Source of the DNA: Octopus vulgaris
Taxonomy: Eukaryota
NCBI GenBank assembly: GCA_951406725.2
Contig: OX597814.1
Coordinates: 44,578,001-44,642,000, forward strand
Direction of reading: 5' to 3'
DNA: 64,000 nt
The translations under genes were made by a program, and so were the position numbers. The notes under the pieces were generated by a model that did no database searches, had not been told where the DNA came from, and saw nothing but the letters and a program-made list of their open reading frames with translations. Positions 40,536-53,517 of this stretch are shown piece after piece. Within the stretch, counting starts at the first letter, position 1. Each line of letters opens with the position of its first letter.

Positions 40536-40842
40536 AGGCGCATGGCTCAGTGACTAGAGTGTCGAGCTTACGGTCGTGAGGTTGTGAGTTCGAATCCTGG
40601 ACCGGGTTGCGTGTTGTGTTCTTGAACATGACACTTTATTTCACGTTGTTCCAGTTCACTCAGCTGTAGAAATGCTTTGCGACGTCTCAGATGGCAAACC
40701 GTGTCGGCCTTTGCCTTTCTCTTGGATAACACTAGAGGCGTGGAGAGGGGAGGCCGGTAAACAACTTTGCCCGGACCTGTGCCTTGGAGGGTAACTTTCT
40801 AGGTGCAATCCCTTGGTCAGTCATGTCCGGAGGGGGTCTCAG
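40536..40842 (+). mobile_element. tRNA-derived SINE, family C
   Basis: A-box TGGCTCAGTGA, B-box GAGTTCGAATCC, then a core GTGTTCTTGAACATGACACTTTATTTCAC..CACTCAGCTG. Confidence 0.8.
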
Positions 40843-40869
40843 CATATATATATATATATAATTTGATCA

Positions 40870-41830
40870 AAAAGGTAGCACGTTGGTAGACTAAATTGTC
40901 CATATGGTCCCCATTACAGGCGATGTATTTGCAACATTGTCCAATCCAATTCTTGAAACCAATATGAAAAGATCGCCATGTGCGCTATTGTATCCACTTC
41001 TTCCCAGCCTTTTCCGCTTCATCTATGTCATCGAATTGTTGTCCTGCTCCGGAACGTGTGGGCTTTTCAAGGCGTCATATCTGGATTGTACGGTGGATTG
41101 GCTAAGGCTTTTTAATCTGATTAGCCGGCTGACCGATTTGTTGCGAAGGATGTGTCGAGTTACATAGTCACTTTCCTTTAATGGGCTTTCTTTGATTTTT
41201 GGATGTCTCACTGTACTACTCGATGTTTACTGTATAGCGTAATTTCATAATCAAGAACAACACAAGCATCATTCTCAAATTTTTGTTGCCATGAATTTTG
41301 CCATTGAACTTCTTAGACTTTGAAGAGATATGACGTTATTACAAGGGCTGGGTCTCCTTTTCCAGGTCATAAGGGTTAAGTCAAGTTTCTTATTCTGTCA
41401 CATGATCAAAAAACACATGTTTTTATTAGCTTCAAACATTTCCAGCAGATTAGAGCACTTTCACACCTGTTTCCTCCATATCGAGTTTCAGCCGTCGACG
41501 TATCCCCTTTCCACATACTTTCCGATATCTATAGTCTTCCACCATCTTCTGCAACACGTTGTGAACACGGTCCCGTTGCGCATCAGGTTTACAGATTCTG
41601 ATTCGTTTGTCCAGGTGAATCAATCCGGTCCTTCGTTCATGACTCGCGTCCGTGAGTGCAATTAATTATCTCCCACTGCTCGATTGATATTTCAATGTTG
41701 GTTTCCTTTACTTTAAATGTCATCTTTAAGTGAAGATTTCTCTAGTCAATGGGTTCATCGCCGACAATAACCTGAGGATTTTGGACAGGCTGCATACTTT
41801 CATCATCAACAACTCAATGATGAATGCATT
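40870..41830 (-). mobile_element. Decayed non-LTR retrotransposon fragment (clade unassigned)
   Basis: GC-richer block between AT tracts, with minus-strand relics resembling a C-terminal '..RIGL....C' region. No intact motif. Confidence 0.25.
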
Positions 41831-41835
41831 CCTGT

Positions 41836-41875
<40 letters not shown>

Positions 41876-43564
41876 GTAAGTGTGTGTATATGTGTGCATG
41901 CGTTTGTGTGCGTGTGTGTGTGTGCGTGCATGTATGTATATAATAGGAATGCCTGCAGCATATAAAACATAGTGAAAGCTAAAATATAATTGTCAGTATT
42001 TAAACATCTGTCAGTTTCTTTCTCTTCAAGAGTTGGTTACGTAAATTAACTGTTTTCAGCCATCCAATTTCTCTGCATCGACAATTGATTTATAACAATT
42101 AATTATAAATTTAAATTGATAAAAGGAAATGATAACTATGACTATAACAATGACAACCACAAATCTATTAAAATGTTGTTTGTTCTGGTTTCTTTACTTT
42201 TTTTCTTTTTTTTTTGCATTTATAATGATTTTTCATTCGCAAACATTAATTTTGTAATTGTAATACATCGTTGTTAAATATGTACACAAAGCAAGCAGAA
42301 GTGAAATAAACCATTCTAGGAGCAAACAATCGGATCATTAATGCCAATCTGAAACAAACCATGTGTGCTTAGCAACAACATATGGCAAGCTGAAACGAAG
42401 TCAAAACCTGAGCGAATGACTTGGAAAAAAAAAGAAAGAAAGAAACATGAAAATAACTTCTACGAACATGATATGAATGGTGGAAAATAATTTTATTTAA
42501 TTTTCTTCTGTACATTTCTTGATAATAAATCATACTAATTTTGCCCTCGTAATCATCGTTGTATTTATCTGTGTTTGTGATTATGTTAGATAACATCTCT
42601 CTGTTGCTGCTTTTTGCGGAAAATGTTTCCAGTTGTATTTATACCATATGTATATGAAGTCGTAATAATAGAAAAATAATAATGATATGTAGACATTTAA
42701 AGTAATTGGTAATATTTCCTTCCTAATAAATAAAACAAGCGACAGTATTTTCATAATTTATGATTAGGAATTGTAGAAGAGAGAGAGAGAGAGAGGGAGG
42801 GGGAGAGGAGAGATGAAGAGAAGACAAAGGTTGGACTATGCTGCTATGTTTGAGATCAGTGAGGATTTATAATATTGGTCAATAATGATGTTTACTAAGC
42901 AACAGGAGATTTAAAGTAAATTAAAATACATGACATTGTGTTAGAAGTTGAAAATAATAGTTTTTGTAACATTTCATGTTCACCTGCATGACCTGGATGC
43001 GACTGATGATATAATAATTTGCAAAACATTTCTCACCGTTGCTTAAAGCTGTGAATTGTCAGTGAAACAGAGTGTCAGATTACTAACCGAAAGATGTATT
43101 GTTCAATATCACAGTGGCGTGCCTACGCAAAGTTGTGTTCTGCTTACATTTCTAAATGATTTAGAAAAGGAATAATTTTACAGGATAACCACAAATGTTT
43201 ATTTATGAACATACCTAAAAGCTGTTGCTGTTGCTATTGATCAGTCTCAGATCAGCGTTCTAGCCATGGCTTTTTATTCCAGGGTATCTTATAGAGGACT
43301 ACATTACACAAAGAGTTTTTTAAGACAACTGACTATGGTTTCAAGGTCAAATTTGTTCTTATTTTCCAGGAAACAATGAAGTTTCCTCGATGACTCAATT
43401 TACTATATATCCATATATTCATAATCTTTCAATAATGGATAAATAACCTGATGTCTTCATTATATTCTCGCTAATTGGATAAACGTCTTTAATGCTTGGA
43501 TTATTTCGTTGAATGTCTTTTATGCTGAAATGTCTGTAATATAATGACTAGTTACTTCACGTGA

Positions 43565-43720
43565 AGGCGCAATGGCCCAGTGATTAGGGCAGCGGACTCG
43601 CGGTCATAGGATCGCGGTTTCAATTCCCAGACCGGGCGTTGTGAGTGTTTATTGAGCGAAAACACCTAAAGCTTCACCGGAACCCTCGTCGTCGTAACCG
43701 ACGGAGTGCTTCCATCCAGT
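43565..43720 (+). mobile_element. tRNA-derived SINE, family D
   Basis: AGGCGCAATGGCCCAGTGATTAGGGCAGCGGACTC..GGTTTCAATTCCC, a tRNA-like head with A/B boxes. Confidence 0.7.
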
Positions 43721-44596
43721 TACTTCACAAAATGATGCTACATTTCCTCTTATCCATTGAGAAGAAAATACTGTGTGAGATGGTGTTAATGATTATGAAA
43801 GGCTACGTGATGTCCGTAGTAATTGCAAATGTGTCCTTACATTTATGACAGCGTAGGCTATTTAGCTAAGCGCCCACAGCGTTCTAGATAGTCCATTACA
43901 ATTTTCAGATCAGAATATTCCGTAAGGTGTCGTTCCCCTTGTAGTAGTTATATCAGTGGAATAAATACAGTCCTGCAGGTTATTAATTCATTGTTGCTGT
44001 AAACATGATACGATTATATAATCTAATGTCCGCTATGATGGAACTACTTTACATTAGTTGCAGGTGCAACATAGATTCTCCTGAACCTTTGGTTCCAAAG
44101 CCTGTTCAGATTACTGATGTTTCAGAATCAAGGCTGTTTAGCTTGGTCAACAAATTCAATAAATATTTAAATGACTTAAATATATAAATGAAATACAGGT
44201 ACCTGTACATTACTATAAATGACACAGGTTTATTAATATTGTATAAGTCTGTTCAATGTAACAAGAATCTAGACAGGCGGCCGCAGGAATTTGAAGTTCC
44301 TCCTCGTAAATTCGTGTGGATTATAAGAAATTCTGGTCCCTCAGTGTCCGCGAGATCGGTGTTGCACCAGTAATACTGTGTTTAATATCACGGGATTTCA
44401 TTCTGATTGTAGCTGCAGAGTTCAATATCTAAAATTAGAGTAACGATAACCATAAATGTTTCGCAAAGTTATGTTTACTTCTTCCACCACTTCCTCCTGC
44501 TCATATACATTTTTACTGCTTCTACATCCTCGCTATAACAAAGACATTTCTGGTACTGTACCAATGCTAGAATCAATGTTATTATTATTTGTAGTT

Positions 44597-44800
44597 AGGG
44601 CGGCAGATTAGCAAACTCCAGTGAAGAACGAATCACTTTACTATTATTATTCCCACTCTTCACTTTCCGATTTGAAATTCCGTCTAGATCAATTCGACCT
44701 TTCATCCCACGGGGGTAAATAAAATAATGGACTATTTGAGAACTGGGTTTAATGTAATCAACTAATTCTCTCTTTAGATGCTTCTATCCCTGTGCCTTAA
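44597..44800 (+). mobile_element. SINE family A, old degenerate copy
   Basis: GGCGGCAGATTAGCA..TTTGAAATTCC..CCTTTCATCCC..ACTGGGTTTAATGTAATC. Confidence 0.5.
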
Positions 44801-45455
44801 AAAATAAGTATTTATACCACTTGTAACATTAAATAGACAGAACCATTAGAAAACTAAAAAGAAAATTATCTGTGGCTATTATTGTGAGGCATTTTTATTT
44901 TCATTATCTCGATATCGATAAAATTAGTATTTCTAAAGTACTATCATCGATATATAGATACTAGGTATTTCTATGTTGATTTTTACCAGGAAAAAAGATG
45001 GCTAGTTTATTATGCACAACTCTTTGCTAAAGTTTCATAGTATTTTTATGCTGATAGTTTCGAAAGTGGAGATATGTGAATGCTACAGAACTTTTGATCA
45101 AAAATGTTGAAATTTGGCGGCCGAGAAAGGAAATATTCGAAATGCTGAAATTGAAAATAGAAACCATCCCCATATTCATAGGTGCCTGGGGACGTGATTC
45201 ACAAGGTGAGACAGTGTAGATGAGGAAAACGAAATGTAATATACAAATATACAGTATGCAGATAATTTTAATATTAGTCACTGCAATCATTTTATATAGC
45301 GTACCTTCAATAATATAGAACGAAAAACAGAACACTTTATTCAATACTCGTAGAGTAGCATTCGATTGTACTGTAAGGTATTATGTAACAAGATTATTAG
45401 TAAAAAGAAAACAGTAGCTTGTTATGTGACCATAGAAGCGATGGATGAGAGAAAT

Positions 45456-45654
45456 TGGTTTCAAATTTTGGCAAAAGGCCTGCAATTTCGGGAGGGGTTA
45501 AATCGATTACATCGACACCAGTGCTCAACGGGTACTTATTTTCATCCACCACAAAAGCATGAACAGCAAACTCGAACTCGGCAAAATTTGATCTCTGAGT
45601 ACAGAGACGGACGAAACACTGATAAGCATTAAAGATTTTACTTGCTCGCCGCCC
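45456..45654 (-). mobile_element. SINE family A
   Basis: TGGTTTCAAATTTTGGCA..GTACTTATTTTCATC..TTTGATCTCTGAG..GCTCGCCGCCC. Confidence 0.75.
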
Positions 45655-47319
45655 TGATAAATGAAGGATATTTAAATTCATTGCACATGAGAATTTTACA
45701 TGTACAGTAAGAGGAAAAAGGATTTTTTTTTAAATAGTGAAATATTTCATTCTGGCCAAGGCACTCTGAAAATGCTATCGCCCTTGCTCCGCGTTTGGAC
45801 TATCTTTCCGCTCAAACTTCTTGGTAAAACGATGATCACATATCTCAACGCCTTCCATAAAATTTGTTGAATAACCATTTTTCTCTCTACATTGCCACCA
45901 TTTCATTTCTTTTACTCATTGACTACACTACTTTCTTCTCTGTAACCACCAGACAAAAAAAAATGTTTATTCGTCCTTATCCAAAGAAAATAGAGAGGCG
46001 GTTTGTATGGTAGACACTATTCTTGGATGAAGTTATCGGATTCGCTGCAACAAACGCTTTAAATAACACCACAAGACAACAATATCAGGAGATTGCAAAA
46101 ATGCACGCAGACGTGTTATGTAACACTCTAAACAGGGCCCCACTAATGGCACTATATTTCCTGATAAAATTGTCCATGATGTTCACTTTTTACACCGCCA
46201 GTTGTGTACTGCCTAGTAAAGACCTTTAGGAAATTGTGCGTAATCCACATCATCAAAGTCATCCAGAAAAAGAAACTGCTGAGTACATCACATCGTCGTT
46301 CCCAGCCCCTTACTTTGCTCATCACCCTCATTAGCTCTTTCCAGAATACAAGAATTTATGTTGTAACTATGTTTTTGAACTTAGCATAAAATTGGAAAAA
46401 CTTTGAAGAGACAACTAGCTTATAAAGGATTCGATAACAATGGATTCATTCAAGAAAATAATTATAAAGAACATTTTAGCCCTCAAATTCATTCCTTTTT
46501 AGATTTTTTGCTACAGTCGCATATCGACAACTAATAGAAAATTATGTCCAACTCCGCCAGATATTCTGTATCTACGAATGGTAAAATCGTTTTGCCATTC
46601 GTAAATACAGAATACCATCATTCCGTCATAGTGTCATCAGAGAATCTGACATGAAAGCTGAGAAGCGAATGCATTGATATTTTATAGGCTGGGTTATCAG
46701 TTCACTAGATATACGTAAAGCAGCGGAAACATCCGAACGCTTTTTCTGACCAGTTCACCTGTAAATGAAATTGGAAAGAGGTTTCAAAAGAATAAATTTA
46801 TTCTAAAATGTAGACATATGCATATTATTTCAGTACTCACACCCCTTCATTGTTCACATCCCTATCGACAAAATTGTATACATATAATACAAGCATCTTT
46901 TCAAAGGTAATACCTGCATTAAAAAAGTATAATTGAGTGGAAATATGTGAGTGTATATAAAAGATAGTTCCAAGGTAAATGGAGGTGAACACAGGTTTCT
47001 TTTATGAGTTTTACAATCAGTATGAGGTAAAATATATACTAGAACGCATTGAGCCCAGTTCAACAAAATTATATTTAACCGAATCCATAATAAAGTTTTA
47101 ATTTGGCATCATCACTGAGGTGTGTGAATAGCAAAAACAAAATTATGACCTAAACTTGAAATTTTAATAGGTGTTATAGTTAGTTAAATGCATTGATAAA
47201 ATCAGTCAATTCGCAGTATTCGCGGAAGCTTTGTTGGGTCATTGCATCATCGTTTCCAACAGGAAGCGCTATTAACATTAAAATGGTGGCACATCTACGG
47301 AAATACCTACCTCCCATAA

Positions 47320-49542
47320 CACTGGTCAACAAAATGAAACTTTCTTTTTATTCATCAGAGTTGCAGATTGACTTTGGTGGGTTAATTTTTGATGCTGATA
47401 ACGAAGTCCGATTTCCTCTATCAGGTCACATTTTTATGTCAATGATACCTTCTGTTTTAACTTATAGGATACGTAAAGCATGTCTATATCAAGTATATTG
47501 AATACAAGATACGATAATTTCATGGCTTTTTATTGTACAAAATTAAAATTATTGTGTACAAATAAGTTAGAATACGCTAAAAAGCATGACAACTTAAAAT
47601 CTTTGGGATTTGGACTTTCTAAGGTGTTTTGTCTCAGGTTCATCCCTGTATAACATCCAATAGTAGTCAACTAATATTCCTGCATTCCAAAATCCTTGAT
47701 ATATTTGTTTCATCAATGCAATATCTTGATGAAAGCGTTCCCCTTGCTCATCAGACACTACTCCGAGGTTCTCTACAAAAAAGTCCAGATGTGAATCAAG
47801 AAAATGGACTTTTAGTGACATCCGACAGTGCATTACAGCATAGGAGTCTAGAAGACATTTAATTCCACTTCTAAACTCTAGAGATCTCTTGTTGCCTAGG
47901 AGATTTTCACCAAGCCATTCGAAGGATTCCCAGGCTTTAAGCTCAATCTCGTCCACTGCTGTGAGGAAGTGGTTGTCCTTCAGGAGTTCTTTTATCTGCG
48001 GATCTATAAATGCGCCCTCCTTCGGTTTTACCTCGGTGATCTTTGAAAATGTGGCCTTCACATATTCGAAACCTTTCGAGCTTTCCATGGCCAGTGTCTT
48101 CACGAATTGTTTCATGAGGCCAAGCTTTATGTGAAGAAGGGGAAGAATAACATTTTCTTGGTTTAAAAGTGGCTTACTCTGGACGCTAGAAACTCCCGGC
48201 TCATATGATATTCTCAAAGGCCACTTTGATTGCAGATAGTGTTTGTTAGTTGCACGACTGTCCCATAGGCATAAAAAGCAACAATATTTCGTGAACCCAC
48301 ATTGCATTCCCTTCAACATTTCAATCACCTTCAAGTCTCCACATATTTTCCAGCTGTAGTTTGTATACTTTATGGCATTGAGGAGTACTTGCATGTTTTC
48401 ATAACACTCCTTCATGTACACTGAATTTCCTATGAAAATGGATGGTTTCTTATTGCCGTTGTGTAGTAGTACAACCGTGAGGCTTCTCTTAGATAAATCA
48501 ATGAATAAGCGCCATTCGGCTGGAACATGCTTTTGGAACAAACACTGAAATAACTCATCAGTGGTTGAAACAAAGTAGTCCATCAACAGAGAAGCATGAA
48601 ATTAGATCTCTATTTCTCTTCCTGAAATGAGTAATACAAATATCTTTCTTAAGCAGACACTGTTCTTGTTGACGAGAAGCTAATAGTTCAACTTTATCCT
48701 TCGGCAATGGCAAATCTCTAACTAAATCATTTAACTCTCCTTAAGAAAATTTCTGTGGTACGTCTTCATTTTCAATCGTGGAGTCTGAATCCACTTTGGT
48801 GTCTTCCACATCAGTAATATTTTCTTCAGAAAATACATCTTCGTCAGACATCTGAAGGCCATTTTCTGGTGGTATTGGAAAGATCATCTTCGTTGTGTGG
48901 TACTGGTCTTCTTGCTGATTCCAAGTTGGGATACACAATCTTATACTTGATCTTTATAGTAAACCCACATAAGCGTTTGGCTCTCTCCATATCATAGGTA
49001 TTGCAAACGGCATTGCTCTCTTCCTCTTATTTATCCAATCCCTTAGTCCATCTGAACAAGCTGAGCAGATGATGTGCAGGGCCCAAATCTTATCTTGATC
49101 CCCGAGAGAGCAGCCACAGTATAACTGGTAGATCTTCTTGATTTCACTTGTGATGACGCGTTGCTGAGCTTTGATGGTAAATGAACCACAGACGTGACAA
49201 AATATATCGGGACTGTTCTTGCAATGCCTTGACATCCTGAGTAGAATTTGATGATGATGATGACTTGGCACCTTAAACAGAAAGGAAAATTTATGAAAAG
49301 AAAAGATTATGCAAACATAAAATTACAAAATGAATACAAATAGTTATAAAACAGAAGTCAGAATTTACCTGTATAAGACGTTTATGTGTAGCGATACTGC
49401 TGATGTGAGTTATACACCTGTTATCTCATCAGAAAAAGTGTGCCTGATAGAAGGAAACGAATTCCATTTTTGAAATCTGCGGACGAAATTACATATAAAA
49501 CACCTTATAATATCCCTGATGAAAATTGGTTGTTGACCAGTG
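47320..49542 (-). mobile_element. Chapaev3-type (CMC superfamily) DNA transposon, full span
   Basis: 13-bp TIRs CACTGGTCAACAA (47320) and TTGTTGACCAGTG (ends 49542). TAA target duplication on both sides (47317-19 and 49543-45). Subterminal inverted motif TTTCC(T)TCTATCAGG. CAC termini with a TWA TSD are characteristic of Chapaev3. Confidence 0.85.
47594..49235 (-). pseudogene. Chapaev3-type transposase, disrupted by frameshifts and stops
   Basis: N-terminal zinc-finger region FCHVCG..W.LHIICSAC..MPFAIPMIWREP. Core WRLFIDLSKRSL..VLLHNGN, ICGDLKV, CCFLCLWDSR, LHIKLGLMKQF, MSLKVHFLDSH and SDEQGERFHQDI. Split over three or more ORFs; the last 330 aa are open. Confidence 0.85.
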
Positions 49543-50109
49543 TAATTGTAAGAATATTAAAAGGAAATAACATTCAGCCAGTCACTATGTGTATAAAAAC
49601 AACCGTTTGACCAGTGAACAGCTTTGGCTGTGAAAGAAATTATAATAATAAAGTGAAAGGTAATTAATATGATAATAATGACATCGAAAAATGGAACATG
49701 TCTCAAAAGCACCCTTCCTTCCCATGGCGTAGACTATTACAAGAAGAGTTTCAAGTAAACCAAAATTTTAAAGAATAAAAACCCTTCCCTTTGCGAATAG
49801 TATACGAATCTAGGAAAAACGCAGTTCATTTTTGTAAGAATGCTGTATGTTTCGATGGGAGGCGATGTTAATTTCAGATCCTCCAGTAATATACATTCAA
49901 TGCAAAAAAGATGAGTTGAAATCGTAACAACAATAAAAATTTCAACAATATCGCAGTACCACACCACGCTTACTAACAATGCTACTTGAAGTGAAAGATA
50001 GAGCGACGAGAAATATGAAAACGGTAACTGGATATTGCAATGACGTCTATGCTCATTATATTTCTCGGAAAATTGATGGTGATAATGTTAACATCCAAGA
50101 CAATATTTT

Positions 50110-50239
50110 TATCATCATTATCATCATCATCATCATCATCATCATCATCGTCATCGTCATTGTCATATTCTTCGTCGTCGTTATTATTGTTGTTTTTCGT
50201 TGTTGTTGGTGGTTGTGGTGGTGTTAGTGTTGTTGTTGC

Positions 50240-50288
<49 letters not shown>

Positions 50289-50432
50289 GGTGGTGGTGGT
50301 GGTGGTGGTGGTAGTGGTGGTGGTGGTGGTAGTGGTGGTGGTGGTGGCGGCGACAGCGGCAGCGGCGGCGGCGGCGGCGATGCTGGTGGTGGTGTTGGTG
50401 GTGGCGATGGTGGTGCAAGTGGTGTTGCTGTT
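50110..50432. repeat. Graded trinucleotide microsatellite (ATC)-(GTT)-(GGT)-(GGC)
   Basis: Visible directly. Confidence 0.9.
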
Positions 50433-50436
50433 GTTA

Positions 50437-50630
50437 AGGCGGAGGGCTGGCAGAACTGTTAGCAGGGATTCGCCTGTCGCTACGTTCTGAGTTCAAATTC
50501 CGCCGCGGTCGACTTTACCTTTCATCATTTCGGGGTCGATGAAATAAGTACCTATGATACACAGGGGTTGATGTAATCTACTTAACCCCTTCCAAAAGTT
50601 GCTGAGTTTGTGACAAAAATTTGAAATCAT
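50437..50630 (+). mobile_element. SINE family A (near full-length) with (ATT)n tail
   Basis: GGCGG..CTGGCAGAA..GTTAGC head, B-box GAGTTCAAATTCC, and core GTCGACTTTACCTTTCATC. Confidence 0.85.
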
Positions 50631-50659
50631 CATTATTAACATTATTGTTGTTTGTGTTT

Positions 50660-50665
50660 TTATTA

Positions 50666-50748
<83 letters not shown>

Positions 50749-50813
50749 TATTATTATTATCATTATTATTATTATTATTATTATTATCATCATCATCATT
50801 ATTATTATTATTA

Positions 50814-50884
<71 letters not shown>

Positions 50885-50885
50885 T
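50660..50885. repeat. (ATT)n microsatellite
   Basis: Visible directly. Confidence 0.95.
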
Positions 50886-50972
50886 TTGGATTTCTTTTAT
50901 TTTGCTGTTATTGTGATTGTGTTATTATTATCATCACCATCGTTATCCTCACCATCATCATTACTATAACTA

Positions 50973-51145
50973 GGGGCGGAGAATTAGCAGAGTTCTTACA
51001 ATATCGGAAAATGCTTAGGCTATCTTTGCATTTCATTCTTTCGGTATCACCAAAACAGAGCACCAGTAAAGCACAGGGGTTCGATATAATTGGTTAAGCC
51101 ACTCATCTCAAAATGTCTGACCTTGCACATAAATCATAAATCATT
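50973..51145 (+). mobile_element. SINE family A, degenerate copy
   Basis: GGCGGAGAATTAGCAGA..AATGCTTAG..TTTGCATTTCATTC..GGGGTTCGATATAAT. Confidence 0.55.
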
Positions 51146-51779
51146 ATTATAACTTCAAATCCTGCTGCGCTTGTAGTAGCCTAAATTGCACAGTATGATC
51201 AGGTGGAGAATTCGAACAGAGCTGATGTAATCCTTTTTACAGCTGCGTTCACCGCTGGTATATAAATTCTCTTTATGGTGCAAGACCACATAACAATACG
51301 AGAAATATGTAGTTCTATATCAGAATTATGCCTTGTTGTGAAAACATGCTATCCGAGGTAGATAACTCAGTTATTACACTCCCTAAGGCTTTTGCGCAAA
51401 ATTTTTAAATGACAAAAGTAGCAAAGAAAAGTGATAGTGGTTATCTGTCCTAAACCACTATTATGCTCCATGAATCGGCGAATAAAATAGTTCCGTCTTT
51501 ATCACTAGACAGGTTATGAGAGCTAAAAGAGCCCACTGCAATTCACACCCCATATGAACAAAAGAGACACTGATTCCAATAATAAAACCAACTAGTATTA
51601 AACGACCAGGGAGTATCACTTATTGCTACACAATCCTATCCTTTTATGAGGATGAGGGCCAGACGGAGGTGGGGAAGGATATAAAAATGATAAAAATTTC
51701 CCGAATAAATAAAGCGAGAATCAAGGTGGAAAAATCAAATACATTGTTAAATTAAAAGCTGTAATACACTTCCTGCGAA

Positions 51780-53517
51780 GAAGAATGAATGACTCTCCAC
51801 TAAGATAGGCCCAAATATTACTAAAAGGAACCGGGAGGGAGATGCGATGTTGTGTTGTTTCGGAGATGCTTGGACTTCACAATACAGGCCATCTTCATAG
51901 ATCCGGAGGGTAAGTGTGTGGTGCTGGATGTGGCAAGCAAGGAAAGCTACTAATAGCGGTTTATGTCCCGAATGGGCGGGGTCCGTCAGAGCTCTTCAGT
52001 CGTCTAGAGGCTATTTTCTAGGGATGCCCCTCTAGTGAGGGACTGAAACGGTATCTTAGACGAACGCATCGACTATGTAGGAATAGCTAGCAGGAAAGTG
52101 GGGTGCAAAAGCGCCTCAAACCTGCTCAGTAGTTTCCCTTTAGCTGACCATCCCAATGCGCCAATGTGGACTTGGTCAGACCGCAACGGGTCGTCCAGAT
52201 TGTACTTAGATAAGATTTTCTGTAGAGTAGGTGATAGTGATAGCGTAGGGTGTCCACATTTCATAACAGTCGGCGACACAGACCACAAATTCTTGATGTG
52301 AACGTTCGACCTAAATGGGTTACACAGAGAGGGGCCCGAATACTGGAAGCTGAATGCGTCGTTCGGCACGCCAGACTTAGACGGACCAGCTTAAAGGGCT
52401 AACTTAGAGCATTGACGGGGACAATAATTAATAATAGAGGGTGGCTTCCTTTAAGAAGAGCAATAAAAGAAGAGTCAGGTTTAATAAGTATGTAGCTTTA
52501 GAGAGAGATACAGTAGAAAAGAAATTAGTAACTTAGAAGAAGAACGAAAGAAAGGGATCGTGACCGATGTGCTTGCACGGAAACTGGACCTTGACCATCA
52601 TTTGAGCGCAAGGTTCCGCAGTCAGGCCTGAGACGCGTTCGCTAAGACACGGAGGAACAGAAAGCATTCGATGGCCTTGGGTAACAAAGGCAACATATGA
52701 TCTTAAAACCATAATCTGGTGTTTGGTGGGTCGGAACAATCACGTTCTATTCCATTCCAAGATGTGCGAGGTTTTTCCGGCATTTCGCACAACTGTCTGG
52801 GGCAAGAGGCAGCACAAATTGACGGCGTGCCGGATTACTGTGAACGGCTAATCACAGCCACTGAATTAAGGGATGCCACGGCTGGTTGCATAAGAGGATG
52901 ATCGCCGGGTTCAGAGGAGCTACCCTATGAGCTGTACACAAGTATTCCAGAGCTGTTCGGCGATCTCTTCGCAAACGTCTACCTGAACTGGCAACCCGAG
53001 GTGTGGTGACTCTGCTGAGAAAGAAACCGGACAAGGAGTACAGCGTAGATAACTTCCAGTACATAACTCTGCTTAATACAGAGTTGAACATTTTGGCCAA
53101 AGTGTGAGCGAAGAGGTTGCCACTTGTCGTCGGTGGGCTCATTGGCGAGGTACAAACGTGTTCTACCCAAAAACGATCCATCCACGACAACTTCCACTTC
53201 ATGCGACACATCATAGAGGGAGTGGCTAGGAAAGCTGGCACTGGTGGGGCCCTGATCAGTTTAGATCAATAGAAAGCTTTCGATAGGGTCGACCATCAAT
53301 ATCTGGCAATGGGGCAGGTTTTCAGGAGCTGGATCTCGACAGTTTACGACACCATCTCCTCGATCGTCAAGGTCAGTGGCCACCAATCGGAATTGTTTAG
53401 TATTTTGCGCTCGATACGCAAGGTTGCTCGCTCTTGTATCTTCTATATGCGATGAGCTGAGAGACACTCCTACGAAAAGTGGAGGCGTTGAGCGATTTCC
53501 CCCGAGAGCTAGGTGCT
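51780..53517 (+). mobile_element. Tx1/L1-clade LINE ORF2 pseudogene fragment (APE plus N-terminal RT)
   Basis: GKCVVLDV, IAVYVP, WTWSDRNGSSRLYLDKI, TDHK, YWKLNAS, PYELY, RGVVTLLRK, ITLLNTELNILAKV and LDQ*KAFDRVDHQYL. Many frameshifts. Confidence 0.8.

Noticed and set aside
40536-40610. tRNA-like sequence with A and B boxes
   Set aside because: It continues into a SINE body and lacks a clean cloverleaf, so it is a SINE head, not a tRNA gene.
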